DNA from: an uncultured Bacteroidales bacterium
GTDB lineage: Bacteria; Bacteroidota; Bacteroidia; Bacteroidales; VadinHA17
NCBI GenBank assembly: GCA_963829255.1
Contig: CAWHIG010000012.1
Span: 23,314-87,313 of the forward strand
DNA: 64,000 nt
Direction: 5' to 3'
Shown here: positions 1 through 11,121 of the stretch, piece after piece
Numbering within the stretch: the first letter of the stretch is position 1
Layout of the letters: the number at the start of each line of letters is the position of its first letter
Notes under the pieces: generated by a model
The model's input: only the letters and a program-made list of their open reading frames with translations
Told to the model about the DNA's origin: nothing
Database searches by the model: none
Made by a program: the position numbers and the translations under genes

Positions 1-2
1 AT

Positions 3-326
3 GTCGACGGGGGTGTTCTGGATAATCTTCCCATACGGCCAATTGAAAATAAATGTAAAATTCTTATCGGTTCTTTTGTAAATCCTGTGGGTTATATTGA
101 AAAAATCAGCGGTTTGATCAGCATAGCAGAAAGAACTTTTATGCTCAGCATGTCAAAAGAAATTTACGAAAAATCAAAGAAATTCGATCTTTTTATTGCT
201 CCCCAGGAACTGAGAAATTACAAAATTCTCGATTCGGAAAAAGCTTGTGAGCTTTTTGAGGTCGGCTATAATGCAACTAAAGAAAAATTACAGGGTATTG
301 ACATTGAAAGTATGCTAATTCAATGA
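3..326 (+). CDS. patatin-like phospholipase, C-terminal part (5' end outside window)
   Basis: Frame 3 is open from base 3. Translation begins VDGGVLDNLPIRPIE, the DGG catalytic-Asp motif of patatin-family lipases, and runs into the 87..326 ORF. Confidence 0.55.
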   Translation, partial: VDGGVLDNLPIRPIENKCKILIGSFVNPVGYIEKISGLISIAERTFMLSMSKEIYEKSKKFDLFIAPQELRNYKILDSEKACELFEVGYNATKEKLQGIDIESMLIQ

Positions 327-373
327 TCAGGATTTTGTCCAGGGATATCGCTCTGCACGAACAATAAATTGAA

Positions 374-1222
374 TTATTTTTTATCCACCATCGAATACAA
401 CCGTTTTATTTCTTCCTCCCACAAAGATTCATCCGGTGTTTCAAGAATTAAGGGGAGATTATCAAATCGTGAATCGTTCATCAACATCCTGAATACCTCC
501 TCCCCTAGCAAACCTTTTCCTATATTGTCATGTCTGTCAACTCTCGTAGCTAATTCTTTCCTGGAATCATTTAAATGCATCCCCCGCAAATAATTGAATC
601 CGATAATTTTATCAAATAGTCTGAATGTTTCCGTAAATCCTTCCGGAGTTTTAATGTTATACCCCGAAGTATAAGCATGACATGTATCTATACAAATTCC
701 AACCCTTGATTTATCTTCAACTCTGTCAATAATAAACCTGATCTGTTCGAATTTATATCCAAGATTTGTTCCCTGCCCTGCTGTGTTTTCTATTACTGCC
801 GAAACTCCTTTTGTCTTGTCAAGAGCCATATTTATTGATTCTGCCATTCTGATGAGGCTTTCCTCTTCACTGATTGAATTCAGGTGACTTCCGGGGTGAA
901 AATTCAGTCTGTCAAGTCCCAGTTGTTCACATCGTTGCATTTCATCAAGGAATGATGCTCTTGACTTTTCCAGTGGTTCTTTCTCGGGATGTCCGAGATT
1001 TATCAGATAGCTGTCGTGAGGCAATATCTGAAATGGCATATAGCCATATTTCTCACAATTCTCGCGGAATAATTTAATACTTGCAAAGGTCAGGGGATTT
1101 GAAAACCATTGCCTCTGGTTTTTTGTAAAGAGCGCAAAAGCCTTCGCTCCTATTAAGTTTGCGTTTACCGGGGCATTCTCAACGCCTCCTGACGCACTTA
1201 CATGTGCACCGACGTATTTCAT
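374..1222 (-). CDS. nfo: endonuclease IV (AP endonuclease)
   Basis: 282-aa ORF collinear with E. coli Nfo: [78 protein letters not shown]. Confidence 0.95.
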   Translation of the reverse strand: MKYVGAHVSASGGVENAPVNANLIGAKAFALFTKNQRQWFSNPLTFASIKLFRENCEKYGYMPFQILPHDSYLINLGHPEKEPLEKSRASFLDEMQRCEQLGLDRLNFHPGSHLNSISEEESLIRMAESINMALDKTKGVSAVIENTAGQGTNLGYKFEQIRFIIDRVEDKSRVGICIDTCHAYTSGYNIKTPEGFTETFRLFDKIIGFNYLRGMHLNDSRKELATRVDRHDNIGKGLLGEEVFRMLMNDSRFDNLPLILETPDESLWEEEIKRLYSMVDKK

Positions 1223-1468
1223 TGTTTTAGTAATTACCTGGTTCTATAATCAAATTTTTCTCAACAGTCTGCTCTTTACCAAATACTCTAACGAATATAA
1301 CAAAAAGCATTCTTTAATGTTTATATCATTGAAGAAGGGATGCTTTATTCAATATAGTCTTTTTCCGACTCAGACGAGTAAAATATTAATCTATAAAGAG
1401 ACATCCGGCTGAATAATATTTAAATAATTGTTTCCTGTTCCCGGTGATCTTAATAATTGAATCGGATA

Positions 1469-1500
1469 TTTGAATTATTATCAGGATATTACTAATTTTG
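1469..1500 (+). promoter_or_regulatory. candidate Bacteroidota-type promoter (-33 TTTG / -7 TAnnTTTG)
   Basis: TTTG at 1469-1472 and TAATTTTG at 1493-1500 with a 20-nt spacer, 30 nt upstream of the ATG at 1531. Confidence 0.35.
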
Positions 1501-1530
1501 TGAGTGAACCTTTTAAACACAATAAAATAA

Positions 1531-2436
1531 ATGACAGAATCAAACAGTAGTATCCCAAATGTTCAGGGAACGAAAAAAAGCGCCCCGGTAGGCATGATTG
1601 TCACTTCAATCATTCTGGGAGTCGCACTGATTTTTCTTATTTACATGTATTTTGATAAGAAAAATAAAATGGTTGAAATGGAGACAATCCTTACCCAGGA
1701 AAAAGATTCCCTGGCAAATGAACTGCGGCATATGGTAGTTGCATATGATACTTTGAAAACCACTAATGATACTCTGAATGCAGGTCTGCAAAAGCAAAAA
1801 AACAAGATAGTCCAGTTATTATCTGTTAATGCATCAAATGTTCAGCTGATAAAAAGATATAAGAACGAGATCACAACAATGAGAGAAATAATGAAAAGTT
1901 ACATTGTTCAGATCGATTCTCTTAATACAAAAAATAAAATGCTTGCCTCCGAAAACACTGAAATCAAGCAGCAAATAACGCAGGTCCGGAATACAAATAC
2001 CGAACTCTCAAAAGTGAAGGAAGAACTAAGTAGCAAAGTGGAAGTTGCCTCTGTTATCCAGGCCAAGGATATTACTGCTGTATCGCTGAATAAAAAGCAA
2101 AAAGTGACAACAAGGATTAATCTCCTTGATAAACTCAGAATATGTTTCACTCTTCGCGAAAATCCACTGGCGAAGTCAGGCCAGAAAGATGTGTATATGA
2201 GAGTGATCAGGCCCGATTCTCTGGTTATTACCAGCAGTCCTGATAATCTGTTTGATTATAAGGGCAATAAAATAATTTATTCTGCCAACCGTCAGATAGA
2301 TTATTTAAATCAGGATATTGAGATGTGCATCTTTTTGGATAATACCGGTGATTTTATTATAGGGAATTACAGTGTGGAACTATACCTCGAGGATAATATA
2401 ATAGGCCGCACAAATTTTATGCTTTCAAAAAAATAG
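1531..2436 (+). CDS. hypothetical membrane-anchored coiled-coil protein
   Basis: 301-aa ORF with an N-terminal TM helix (VGMIVTSIILGVALIFLIYMYF), a long heptad-like K/E/N/T-rich segment and a C-terminal globular part. No family recognised. Confidence 0.55.
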   Translation: MTESNSSIPNVQGTKKSAPVGMIVTSIILGVALIFLIYMYFDKKNKMVEMETILTQEKDSLANELRHMVVAYDTLKTTNDTLNAGLQKQKNKIVQLLSVNASNVQLIKRYKNEITTMREIMKSYIVQIDSLNTKNKMLASENTEIKQQITQVRNTNTELSKVKEELSSKVEVASVIQAKDITAVSLNKKQKVTTRINLLDKLRICFTLRENPLAKSGQKDVYMRVIRPDSLVITSSPDNLFDYKGNKIIYSANRQIDYLNQDIEMCIFLDNTGDFIIGNYSVELYLEDNIIGRTNFMLSKK

Positions 2437-3577
2437 CTATTCGTCACCTGGTGGCATCATAAATTCAGAAATAATATTATCAGATATCATTTTACCCTGG
2501 TTTGTAAGAACCAGGGTTTTTTTATCCTGTTTCATCATACCATATTCTTTGAATTTGCCTGCTAAATTTACAACATAATCATATCCTTCTTTTTCAAACA
2601 TTTTCTCAACATATTCAAGATCAATACCCCACATTGTTCTCAGAGAGGTCATAATATATTCGTTAAAACGGGTTTTTGTGTCGAGTTCTTCCCTGTCAAA
2701 AAAGGATTTTCCGCTGTTCAGAGATTTGATATAACCTTTCAGATCACGGATATTCCACTGCCGGGAATATCCGTTAAAAGAGTGAGCTGATGGTCCGAGT
2801 CCAAGATAACTTATCTGTTTCCAGTAATTTGAATTATGAACTGAGAAAAAACCCGGCTTTCCGAAATTTGAAATTTCATACTGGATAAAACCTGCAGATT
2901 CTGCTTTTTCTATAAGAGTGTTAAACTGGGCTGCACTATCATCTTCATCAATTTCAGAGATCACTCCTTTCTCCAGCATTTTCCCAAAGACTGTTCCCGG
3001 TTCAAAAGTCAGGTGATAGGCTGACAAGTGCTGAATATTAAATGAAAAGGAAAAATCAAGATTTGATGCCCAATCATCAAGGCTCATTCCCGGAAGTCCA
3101 TAAATAAGATCTATTGTCACGTTTTCAAATCCTGCATTCAATGTCTCTTTTAGAGCTGTTACAGCCTGGGCTGAGTCGTGACGTCTGTTCAGCATTTTAA
3201 GATCCGAATCCCTCCACGATTGAATTCCTAAACTTATTCTGTTAATATTATGATCCTTTAAACCGCTTAAATAAGCCGGCTGAATATCATCAGGATTTAG
3301 TTCGATAGTTATTTCGCAATCCTGTGACACGTTGAACAATTTATATATATGATTCGAGTATGGTGCCTAATTCTTTAACTGAAAAAACCGACGGAGTACC
3401 TCCTCCAAGATATATTGTTGATACAGTTTCGTTTCCAAGATAATCCTTCCTCATTAATGCTTCTTTTAGCAGGGCATCAATGAATGCAGAATTATCTTCC
3501 GGCGAAATTATGTGATAGAAATCACAGTAAAAACAAAGCTTTTTGCAAAATGGTACATGTATATATAATCCTGCCAT
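2437..3577 (-). pseudogene. hemW: radical SAM heme chaperone HemW (HemN-like), reading frame broken once
   Basis: ORF 3341..3577 carries the CxxxCxxC motif (HVPFCKKLCFYCDF). ORF 2437..3339 continues the family (DCEITIELNPDD, IQHLSAYHLT) in another frame. The break lies inside ATATATATAAA at about 3339-3349. Confidence 0.8.
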
Positions 3578-3756
3578 TGTTTAAATATTTAACTGCATAT
3601 TCATTCTGAATATTTTTCAATCCCGGAGCTAAAGGGCACAAAGTTACATAAAGGATATGTCATACCTGAAAACCTTTTTGCGAATTCTGATGTCTCTGCA
3701 TCCTGGCGGCACTTGTATTTTTCCTATTTATTAAGGATAATCTCAACAATGAATTT

Positions 3757-3764
3757 TAAATTTG
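3757..3764 (+). promoter_or_regulatory. candidate -7 box TAAATTTG
   Basis: Matches the TAnnTTTG consensus 15 nt upstream of the ATG at 3780. No clear -33 TTTG. Confidence 0.3.
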
Positions 3765-3779
3765 CACGAAACAATATAA

Positions 3780-4157
3780 ATGGTAAAGAAGAATATATTC
3801 TCAATTCTGGTGGCTCTGGCTATAATGTATCTAAGCCTTGCCAACTCTCATACATTCGATAAAGTTTCATTAATTAATATTCCAAATTTCGATAAAATTG
3901 TTCATTTTGGAATGTATTTCAGTTTAATGTCTATAATTATCTTTGAAAACAGAAAAACCATAAAAATATCAGGTCACTGGTTCCTTATCGGGTTGATTCC
4001 TCTATTCTATGGTATCATTATGGAAATATTTCAATCAACTCTTACATCTACCAGAACCGGAAGTCTTTGGGATGCCCTTTTCGATGGTGCAGGCATTCTT
4101 GTTTCAATTTTGTTATGGCTTTGGATTAAACCACCTGAAAAAGAGATACTCAAATAG
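3780..4157 (+). CDS. small integral membrane protein, VanZ-like
   Basis: 125 aa with four predicted TM segments. The FDKIVHFGMYF motif resembles VanZ-family proteins; the assignment is tentative. Confidence 0.4.
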   Translation: MVKKNIFSILVALAIMYLSLANSHTFDKVSLINIPNFDKIVHFGMYFSLMSIIIFENRKTIKISGHWFLIGLIPLFYGIIMEIFQSTLTSTRTGSLWDALFDGAGILVSILLWLWIKPPEKEILK

Positions 4158-4590
4158 TAATTAATTCTGTATTTTTTGACTTTCTTACCATGTCATAAAT
4201 TGTACTGTTACTGAATAATCTGATTAGTTCTGATCTTGTCTTTTCATAATCCTTATGAAGAGGACAACGCTTTTTATCCCCCTCTACTCCTTTGCATGAG
4301 CCATTATGCATTACACAATTAGTGAAAATATCCTTACCGTCAATTGAGTTAACAATATCAAGTAATGTAATTTTTCTCGGATCTTTAAGAAGAGAAAATC
4401 CGCCATGCGGCCCTTTTGAGGAACTTAGAATTTTTTGTTTTGCAAGCTGCTGAAGTATTTTTGCCAGAAAAGGTGTCGGAAGATCAAGATCTCCGCTTAT
4501 TTTTTTTATGCCCGTTTTCCCGCCAGATGACGGCTGACTTGCCAGGTAAATAACAGCCCTTATACCGTATCTGCATGAATTTGAAAGCAT
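4150..4590 (-). CDS. Rrf2 family transcriptional regulator
   Basis: N-terminus MLSNSCRYGIRAVIYLA plus a winged helix (FLAKILQQLAKQKIL), and a C-terminal Cys-rich segment (C..H..SC...CPLH). Confidence 0.85.
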   Translation of the reverse strand: MLSNSCRYGIRAVIYLASQPSSGGKTGIKKISGDLDLPTPFLAKILQQLAKQKILSSSKGPHGGFSLLKDPRKITLLDIVNSIDGKDIFTNCVMHNGSCKGVEGDKKRCPLHKDYEKTRSELIRLFSNSTIYDMVRKSKNTELITI

Positions 4591-4591
4591 T

Positions 4592-5038
4592 TTAATACAT
4601 TTTTAGTGAGATCTTTTCTATTCTTCTCAGGTGCCGTCCACCTTCAAATGATGTGGTGAGGAATGTTTTAACTATCAGATATGCTTCAGATTCCGAAATG
4701 AACCAACCGGGCAGTGTAAGAATATTGGCATCATTATGTGCCCTCGATAAACGGCCTATCTCCTCGTTCCAGCATAATGCTGCCCTTATACCGGGATGCT
4801 TGTTTACTACCATGTTTATTCCATTGCCAGTTCCGCAGATGGATATTCCTAATTCATATTCACCTGCAGAAATTGCGTTTGCAAGAAGATGGCCATAATC
4901 GGGATAATCAACCTTTTCACTGGAAGAACAACCAAAATCTTTGACATCATACTTTTCCTTAATAAGATATTTTAATAACTTTTCCTTAAGGTAAAAACCT
5001 GCGTGGTCAGATACTATTGCTACTTTTTTCTTTTTCAA
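4592..5038 (-). CDS. rpiB: ribose-5-phosphate isomerase B
   Basis: 148 aa with VAIVSDHAGFYLKE, CGTGNGINMVVNKHPGIRAA and RLSRAHNDANIL, typical of the RpiB/LacAB family. Confidence 0.9.
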   Translation of the reverse strand: MKKKKVAIVSDHAGFYLKEKLLKYLIKEKYDVKDFGCSSSEKVDYPDYGHLLANAISAGEYELGISICGTGNGINMVVNKHPGIRAALCWNEEIGRLSRAHNDANILTLPGWFISESEAYLIVKTFLTTSFEGGRHLRRIEKISLKMY

Positions 5039-5714
5039 CTTTTCGACTTTTAATTTTTTTCTGGCAAACAGAGCGCAAATTAATACAATTGATTAATTAA
5101 AAGAAAAAAGTATTCTTATATCTTCAATCAGGTTTTATAATTTAAACAACAAATTCTTCGGTCGATTGTTTAGGAGTAGGATTGTATCAGGGGCTAAAAA
5201 GGCCTTTTTCAACACCTCCCGGGGAGTTCATACTAAGCGTTTGTTAATAACATGTAAATAACCGGCAATAAAGACTCAAAATATTACGTTTTATCAACCA
5301 ATTTAATTGCCCGTGGTATTCTCAAAGAGAATTTATTAAAGTTATCAGAAAATAAAATCAAAATATGAACTTTAAATAAACCTCAAAAACTCTACTTTTG
5401 CTTTTTTGTCAATATCAACAAGTTTATCTTAACAGTTGTTAATTATTTCACTAATTCTCTGATATTCAAAAACGGTATGTTTTTTGAGATGTTGAAAAGA
5501 TGTTGATACGGTAGTAATGATGAGAAATACAATAAATTTCTGATTATTATATCAACACAATTAACAGGATATTATAATCATCATAAATAAATTTAAAATT
5601 AATATATAAGAATACTATGTTGTTAATTAAAGTTCAGTAAGTACAAATCAGAGAAATTCGATAAACAATAATGATTAAGTTTATAGTCAGATTGATTTCA
5701 ATTCTTTTACTAAA

Positions 5715-6668
5715 ATGAAACCACATTCATCAGAACAAAATATTCTGGAAATTAATAAACTGAAAGCTGAAAAAAATGCTATCATTCTTGCTCACTTTTA
5801 CCAGACAGGAGATATTCAGGATATTGCTGATTTTGTAGGTGACAGCCTTGCTCTGTCACAAAAGGCAGCTTCAAATTCAGCTGACATTATACTTTTTGCA
5901 GGAGTTAAGTTTATGGCAGAAACAGCTAAAATACTATCTCCTGAAAAAAAAGTGCTTCTTCCTGATTTAAACGCGGGTTGTTCTCTTGCAGACTCATGTA
6001 AAGCCGTTGATTTTGAGAAATTTTTAAAGGAAAACCCTGGAAGAACAGTTATTTCTTATATAAATACAACTGCAGAAATAAAAGCATTGTCGGATATCAT
6101 ATGCACATCATCAAATGCGGTTCAGATTGTCGAATCTCTTCCTGCTGATGAAAAAATAATATTTGCACCTGACCGGAATCTTGGAAACTATGTCCTTAAT
6201 AAAACAGGACGAGATATGATAATCTGGAACGGAACTTGTCATGTACATGAAGAATTTTCACTTGAAGCAATTCTGCGATTAAAGAAAGAAAATCCCGAAG
6301 CCAGGATTATTGTTCATCCAGAATGTGAATTGCCTGTCAGGATGGTTGCAGACTTTATAGGATCCACATCTTCATTATTACAATTTATCAGGAAAGACCC
6401 CGGAAATTGTTATATTGTAGCAACTGAAGCAGGAATTATTCACCAGATGAAAAAAGAAAATCCGGAGAAAACTTATATTCCGGCCCCGCCAAGAGATTCT
6501 ACCTGTGGATGCAGTGAGTGTAATTTTATGAAACTTATAACTATTGAAAAAATATTAACCTGTCTTAAAAACGAAGAGCCTGAGATTACTTTAGACAGGG
6601 AAATTCTTATAAAAGCACAAAAACCCATTAAAAGGATGATGGAAATTTCTGAAAAACTTGGTCTTTAA
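5715..6668 (+). CDS. nadA: quinolinate synthase
   Basis: 317 aa with ILAHFYQTGDIQDIADFVGDSLALS, FMAETAKIL and HPEC, collinear with NadA. Confidence 0.9.
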   Translation: MKPHSSEQNILEINKLKAEKNAIILAHFYQTGDIQDIADFVGDSLALSQKAASNSADIILFAGVKFMAETAKILSPEKKVLLPDLNAGCSLADSCKAVDFEKFLKENPGRTVISYINTTAEIKALSDIICTSSNAVQIVESLPADEKIIFAPDRNLGNYVLNKTGRDMIIWNGTCHVHEEFSLEAILRLKKENPEARIIVHPECELPVRMVADFIGSTSSLLQFIRKDPGNCYIVATEAGIIHQMKKENPEKTYIPAPPRDSTCGCSECNFMKLITIEKILTCLKNEEPEITLDREILIKAQKPIKRMMEISEKLGL

Positions 6669-6671
6669 ATC

Positions 6672-8225
6672 ATGAAAAAAATTCTTGTTTTCATATTTAT
6701 TGTTTTAACCTGTAAAACAGGTTTTGCACAGGAAAAAGGAACTTTAAATGATGGATATACGATCTTTAAGTATCCAAACGGATCAATATCAAGTGAAGGA
6801 TTGATTAAGAACGGAAAACCGGAAGGATTCTGGAAAAGCTATTATGTTACAGGCGTTAAGAAATCTGAAGGCAAAAGAACAAACTTTCTTCTTGACAGTA
6901 TCTGGATATTTTATGATCAGGCAGGAGATACAACTGAAAAAATAAACTATCTGTACGGCAAGAAGAATGGCTGGTATTTTAAATTTAAAAAGGATCCTTC
7001 GCAGGGCGTTTATATCTGGTCAAAAGAGCTTTTTGCCGCAGACAGGAAAGAGGGTACTGCATATATCTATTTCCCGGATGGAAAAGTGCAACAGACTTTT
7101 GCTTATAACTCAGGTAAAAAGGAAGGGCTTTCAAAGGAATTCGACAAAGAAGGAAATATAATAACACTCTATGAGTATAATAATGATTTTCTTGTCAGCA
7201 GGGAAAAGATTAACAGAACAGACAACAACGGTTTAAAGCAGGGAGAATGGAAAGAGTTCTATCCCAACGGAGGAATCAAATCGGAAAAAACGTTTAAAGA
7301 TGACCTTATACATGGTTATTATAAAGAATACGATAATCGTGGAAGACTTGTACTTACAATGCTTTATGAAAACGGAGCAATAGTGAAATCAAGAGTGGAA
7401 GATGAGCCGGATATTGAAATCGTAAATAAACATGATCAGGATGGGAAATTAATTTACAGCGGACCATACCGCAATAAAATTCCGGTTGGGATTCACAGGG
7501 AGTATGGGAAAGACGGTAAAGTTACTAATGCTTATATATACAATGACAATGGATTACTCCTTCATGAGGGTATTGTCGACGAGGCCGGAAACTTTAATGG
7601 AAAATGGAAAGATCTTTATTCCAATGGAAAAACAGAAGCAGAGGGTCAGTATACCGATAACAGACGTTCAGGGCAATGGAAATTTTATAATACTTCTGAA
7701 AAAATTGAGCAAACCGGTTCTTTTAATAATGGCCGTCCGGATGGATTATGGAAATGGTATTATGAAAACGGAGCACTTCTGAAGGAGGAGGAATACTTTC
7801 AGGGGAAGCGTGACGGATCATCCACAGAATATTCTGTTACGGGCGATATTATTGCCCAGGGACAGTACTCAGACGGTGAGAAAAATGGTGAATGGAAATA
7901 TAAATCAGGCGACGTGACTGAGGAGGGAAAATATATAACAGGATTAAGGGATGGCGCCTGGAAATCATCCTATGAAAACGGAAAACCGAAATTCAAGGGA
8001 AACTATGTTCAGGGCAATCCCGATGGCCTGCAGACTTTCTATTATGAAAACGGCAGGATTAAGGAGGAACAGTACTTTCAGATGGGCATCAGGCAGAAGA
8101 CATGGAAGAAATTTAATGAAGAAGGAATTCCTGTTCTTGTAATATCTTACAAGGATGACGTGGAGAAAAGCATTAACGGCGTTAAAATTAAGCTTCCTGA
8201 GAGTGACACCAGGCTGATAAAATAG
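6672..8225 (+). CDS. secreted MORN-repeat (YwqK-like) protein
   Basis: Signal peptide followed by more than 12 repeats of the G.W..YY.NG....EG.Y..GK..G pattern. Confidence 0.7.
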   Translation: MKKILVFIFIVLTCKTGFAQEKGTLNDGYTIFKYPNGSISSEGLIKNGKPEGFWKSYYVTGVKKSEGKRTNFLLDSIWIFYDQAGDTTEKINYLYGKKNGWYFKFKKDPSQGVYIWSKELFAADRKEGTAYIYFPDGKVQQTFAYNSGKKEGLSKEFDKEGNIITLYEYNNDFLVSREKINRTDNNGLKQGEWKEFYPNGGIKSEKTFKDDLIHGYYKEYDNRGRLVLTMLYENGAIVKSRVEDEPDIEIVNKHDQDGKLIYSGPYRNKIPVGIHREYGKDGKVTNAYIYNDNGLLLHEGIVDEAGNFNGKWKDLYSNGKTEAEGQYTDNRRSGQWKFYNTSEKIEQTGSFNNGRPDGLWKWYYENGALLKEEEYFQGKRDGSSTEYSVTGDIIAQGQYSDGEKNGEWKYKSGDVTEEGKYITGLRDGAWKSSYENGKPKFKGNYVQGNPDGLQTFYYENGRIKEEQYFQMGIRQKTWKKFNEEGIPVLVISYKDDVEKSINGVKIKLPESDTRLIK

Positions 8226-8237
8226 TCACATTATTTT

Positions 8238-9263
8238 ATGGAAGAAAACATTAATATCAGAAAGGATATTCTAACACAAAAGGATAAGGAATTTGAGAAA
8301 CAGTTACGGCCACTGAGTTTCAGCGATTTCAAGGGACAAAAACAGGTAATTGAAAACCTGATGGTTTTTGTTACCGCTGCAAAACAACGTGGTGAATCTC
8401 TCGATCATGTCCTTTTACATGGTCCTCCCGGGTTAGGTAAAACAACACTTGCTACCATAATAGCCAATGAATTGCAGGTTAATCTCAGGGTCACATCCGG
8501 CCCGGTACTGGATAAACCTGGCGATCTGGCAGGACTTCTTACTAACTTGCAGGAAGGAGATGTGCTTTTCATAGATGAGATTCACCGTCTTAGCCCGGTA
8601 GTTGAAGAATATCTCTATTCTGCCATGGAAGATTTTCAGATCGATATAATGATTGACAAGGGCCCAAGCGCCAGAAGTGTCCAATTAACACTTAATAGTT
8701 TTACCCTTATTGGCGCGACAACTCGCTCCGGTCTCCTGACAAGCCCGTTAAGAGCACGATTTGGAATTAAATTCCATCTTGAATATTATGATCATGAAAT
8801 ACTTACAGGTATTGTAAAAAGATCAGCCGGTATACTCAACGTCATAATTGATGACGTGGCAGCTGTAGAAATTGCCAGGAGAAGCAGAGGTACTCCCAGA
8901 ATTGCCAATGCTCTGTTGAGGAGAGTAAGAGATTTTGCACAGGTCAAAGGTTCCGGAGAAATTGATATCGATATAACAAAGTATGGACTAAAAGCTCTGA
9001 ATATCGATCAGCATGGCCTGGATGAGATGGATAACAGAATTCTATCTGTCATAATTGACAAATTCAGTGGTGGTCCTGTAGGGTTAAATACCATATCTAC
9101 TGCGGTAGGAGAAGAAAGCGGTACTATTGAGGAGGTTTATGAACCGTTCCTGATAAAGGAAGGATATCTTAAAAGAACTCCAAGAGGCCGGGAAGCCACA
9201 GAGCATGCTTATAAACATCTTGGAAAACAATTCGGGGTTGATACGACTGGAAGATTGTTTTAG
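8238..9263 (+). CDS. ruvB: Holliday junction branch migration helicase RuvB
   Basis: [12 protein letters not shown], Walker [12 protein letters not shown] and DEIHRL; full-length collinearity with RuvB. Confidence 0.95.
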   Translation: MEENINIRKDILTQKDKEFEKQLRPLSFSDFKGQKQVIENLMVFVTAAKQRGESLDHVLLHGPPGLGKTTLATIIANELQVNLRVTSGPVLDKPGDLAGLLTNLQEGDVLFIDEIHRLSPVVEEYLYSAMEDFQIDIMIDKGPSARSVQLTLNSFTLIGATTRSGLLTSPLRARFGIKFHLEYYDHEILTGIVKRSAGILNVIIDDVAAVEIARRSRGTPRIANALLRRVRDFAQVKGSGEIDIDITKYGLKALNIDQHGLDEMDNRILSVIIDKFSGGPVGLNTISTAVGEESGTIEEVYEPFLIKEGYLKRTPRGREATEHAYKHLGKQFGVDTTGRLF

Positions 9264-9281
9264 ACCCCTCTGTCGCCGGGG

Positions 9282-10016
9282 TTAATTGAACACATTACTT
9301 ATCTTTTCCAGCCCCTTTTTATTCAGGATCTTAATTTTTCTTCCATTTAATTCAACCAGCTTATCCGATTTAAACTCCGATAATAATCTGATCACAGATT
9401 CAGTTGCCGTGCCTACTATATTTGCAAGCTCTTCTCTTGTAAGAGAAATATTAAGGAATTGCTCTTTGTCAAGACCAAAATCATTTACAAGCAAAAGCAG
9501 TATTTCTGCCAACCTCTCCCTGACAGTTTTCTGAGCAATATCGGTAATGAATGAATTTGCCTCACCTAATTCGTGACAGGCAAGTTTAAGCAATTCCAGA
9601 GCATATGCCGGATTTGTTTTAATAAAAGAAATCAGTATTTCTGAAGGAATGAAGCAAACCTGGCAATCCTCGATAACTTTTGCAGATGTACATGCCAGCT
9701 CATTGCTAAGAACACTCCGGTAGGCAATAATATCTCCTGTTTTTGCAAAGCGTATTATTTGTTCTTTCCCGTCAAAACCAGTTTTAAATACTTTAATGAT
9801 TCCGCTGTTTATACAAAAGAATCCACTGATACGATTTCCCTCCTGATAAAGAATATCACCGCGTTTATATTGCCGGAAGTCCTTTTCGAAGTTAAGAGCC
9901 TCAACTTCATCTGGAGTAAGATACTTAAATATCGATCCGGATTCAAGCGCGCAACTGTCACATAACGGGACATGAATTTCTTGTTGTTTCATTTCGTCTC
10001 CTCTCTCATAGTACAT
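9282..10016 (-). CDS. Crp/Fnr family transcriptional regulator
   Basis: Cyclic-nucleotide-binding beta-roll followed by a C-terminal HTH (TREELANIVGTATESVIRLL). The true start is probably the internal Met at 9992 (MKQQEI). Confidence 0.8.
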   Translation of the reverse strand: MYYERGDEMKQQEIHVPLCDSCALESGSIFKYLTPDEVEALNFEKDFRQYKRGDILYQEGNRISGFFCINSGIIKVFKTGFDGKEQIIRFAKTGDIIAYRSVLSNELACTSAKVIEDCQVCFIPSEILISFIKTNPAYALELLKLACHELGEANSFITDIAQKTVRERLAEILLLLVNDFGLDKEQFLNISLTREELANIVGTATESVIRLLSEFKSDKLVELNGRKIKILNKKGLEKISNVFN

Positions 10017-10053
10017 TGATTAACACTGATATTAATAAAAATGTTCATATAAA

Positions 10054-11094
10054 TCAGAATGCGGTTTTAAATTGATCAAGGAACCGCAGATCATTTTCAA
10101 AATATAGCCTGAGGTCATTAACCCCATATTTTAGCATAGCTGCTCTTTCAATACCCATTCCAAAAGCAAAGCCGGTATATTTTTTACTATCAATATTACA
10201 GGATTCAAGAACATTCGGATGGACCATACCACATCCTAAAATTTCAAGCCAGCCGGTATATTTACATACATTGCAGCCTTTACCGCCACAGATTTTGCAG
10301 CTTACATCCATTTCTGCAGAAGGCTCAGTGAAAGGGAAATATGAAGGTCTTAACCTGATATCAGTTTCTTCTCCAAACATCTCTCTTGCAAAAAATAATA
10401 AAGTCTGCCTGAGATCAGCAAAAGATACATTTTCATCGATATATAATCCCTCAACCTGATGAAAAATACAGTGTGCCCTGGCTGAAATCGCTTCATTACG
10501 GAAAACCCTGCCGGGCGAAATGGTACGGATCGGAGGTTTTTGATTCTGCATAACTCTAACCTGGACTGAGGAGGTATGAGTTCGAAGTAAAATATCTTCA
10601 GGACTCGAATCTTCTGTCGATAATCTTGAAATGTAAAATGTGTCCTGCATATCTCTTGCAGGATGCTCAGGTGCAAAATTAAGTTTTGTAAAAACGTGAT
10701 CGTCATCTTCAATTTCGGGTCCTTCCGAAACAGTGAACCCTATACGGCTGAATATGTCAATAAGCTCATTTCTGACTATTGAAATGGGATGGCGCGACCC
10801 TGTTGAAAAAGGGAAAGAAGGCCTTGTAAGATCGGCACCATCAGCTATTTCTTCTTTATTTTTGAGTTCAGTTTTCAGAAAACTATATTTGTCAAGTGCA
10901 TTCTGCTTTAGCAGATTAAGCTTCTGTCCAACCACTTTCTTGTCGGAAACAGGTACATTTTTGAAATCTTCGAAAAGATCAGAAATTAATCCCTTCTTGC
11001 TGAGGTATTTCAAACGGAATTGCTCCAGTTCTTCAGCGCTTTTTACTGTCAGGGATGAAATATCATTTAACAGATCAGAAATTTTTTGAAGCAT
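10054..11094 (-). CDS. pheS: phenylalanine--tRNA ligase alpha subunit
   Basis: 346 aa with HPARDMQDTFY, LRTHTS, FRNEAIS, YFPFTEPSAE and FGMGIER, the class II motifs. Confidence 0.95.
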   Translation of the reverse strand: MLQKISDLLNDISSLTVKSAEELEQFRLKYLSKKGLISDLFEDFKNVPVSDKKVVGQKLNLLKQNALDKYSFLKTELKNKEEIADGADLTRPSFPFSTGSRHPISIVRNELIDIFSRIGFTVSEGPEIEDDDHVFTKLNFAPEHPARDMQDTFYISRLSTEDSSPEDILLRTHTSSVQVRVMQNQKPPIRTISPGRVFRNEAISARAHCIFHQVEGLYIDENVSFADLRQTLLFFAREMFGEETDIRLRPSYFPFTEPSAEMDVSCKICGGKGCNVCKYTGWLEILGCGMVHPNVLESCNIDSKKYTGFAFGMGIERAAMLKYGVNDLRLYFENDLRFLDQFKTAF

Positions 11095-11121
11095 TAAAAA
11101 GAAGTTTTAAATCAATGTTAA

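Noticed and set aside
5190-5226. An isolated GC-rich hairpin with a CAACAC...CTCCCGGGGAG segment in the 676-bp AT-rich region upstream of nadA, as a possible NAD+ (nadA-motif) riboswitch.
   Set aside because: It lies about 490 nt from the nadA start. Only one very short stem with a 3-4-nt loop can form, and no tandem domain or expression platform is visible. CCTCCCGGGGAG resembles the GC-rich repeat family (compare 40794). A covariance-model search (Rfam nadA) would settle it.
6672-8225. A YwqK-like 'antitoxin' label suggesting a toxin-antitoxin module.
   Set aside because: The protein has a signal peptide and consists only of MORN-type repeats. No toxin partner is adjacent (nadA upstream, ruvB downstream).
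9282-10016. The Crp/Fnr regulator as an oxygen-sensing FNR linked to the respiratory island.
   Set aside because: Only two N-terminal cysteines (LCDSC) are present rather than the FNR four-Cys cluster, and the gene is 32 kb from the island.
10350-10712. Numerous antisense or overlapping ORFs in the track, for example 10350..10712, 10733..11089, 12613..12924, 16027..16422, 36201..36515, 36612..36920, 44010..44444 and 61541..61897.
   Set aside because: Each lies fully inside, and opposite or out of frame to, a gene with strong family motifs. They are typical shadow ORFs.
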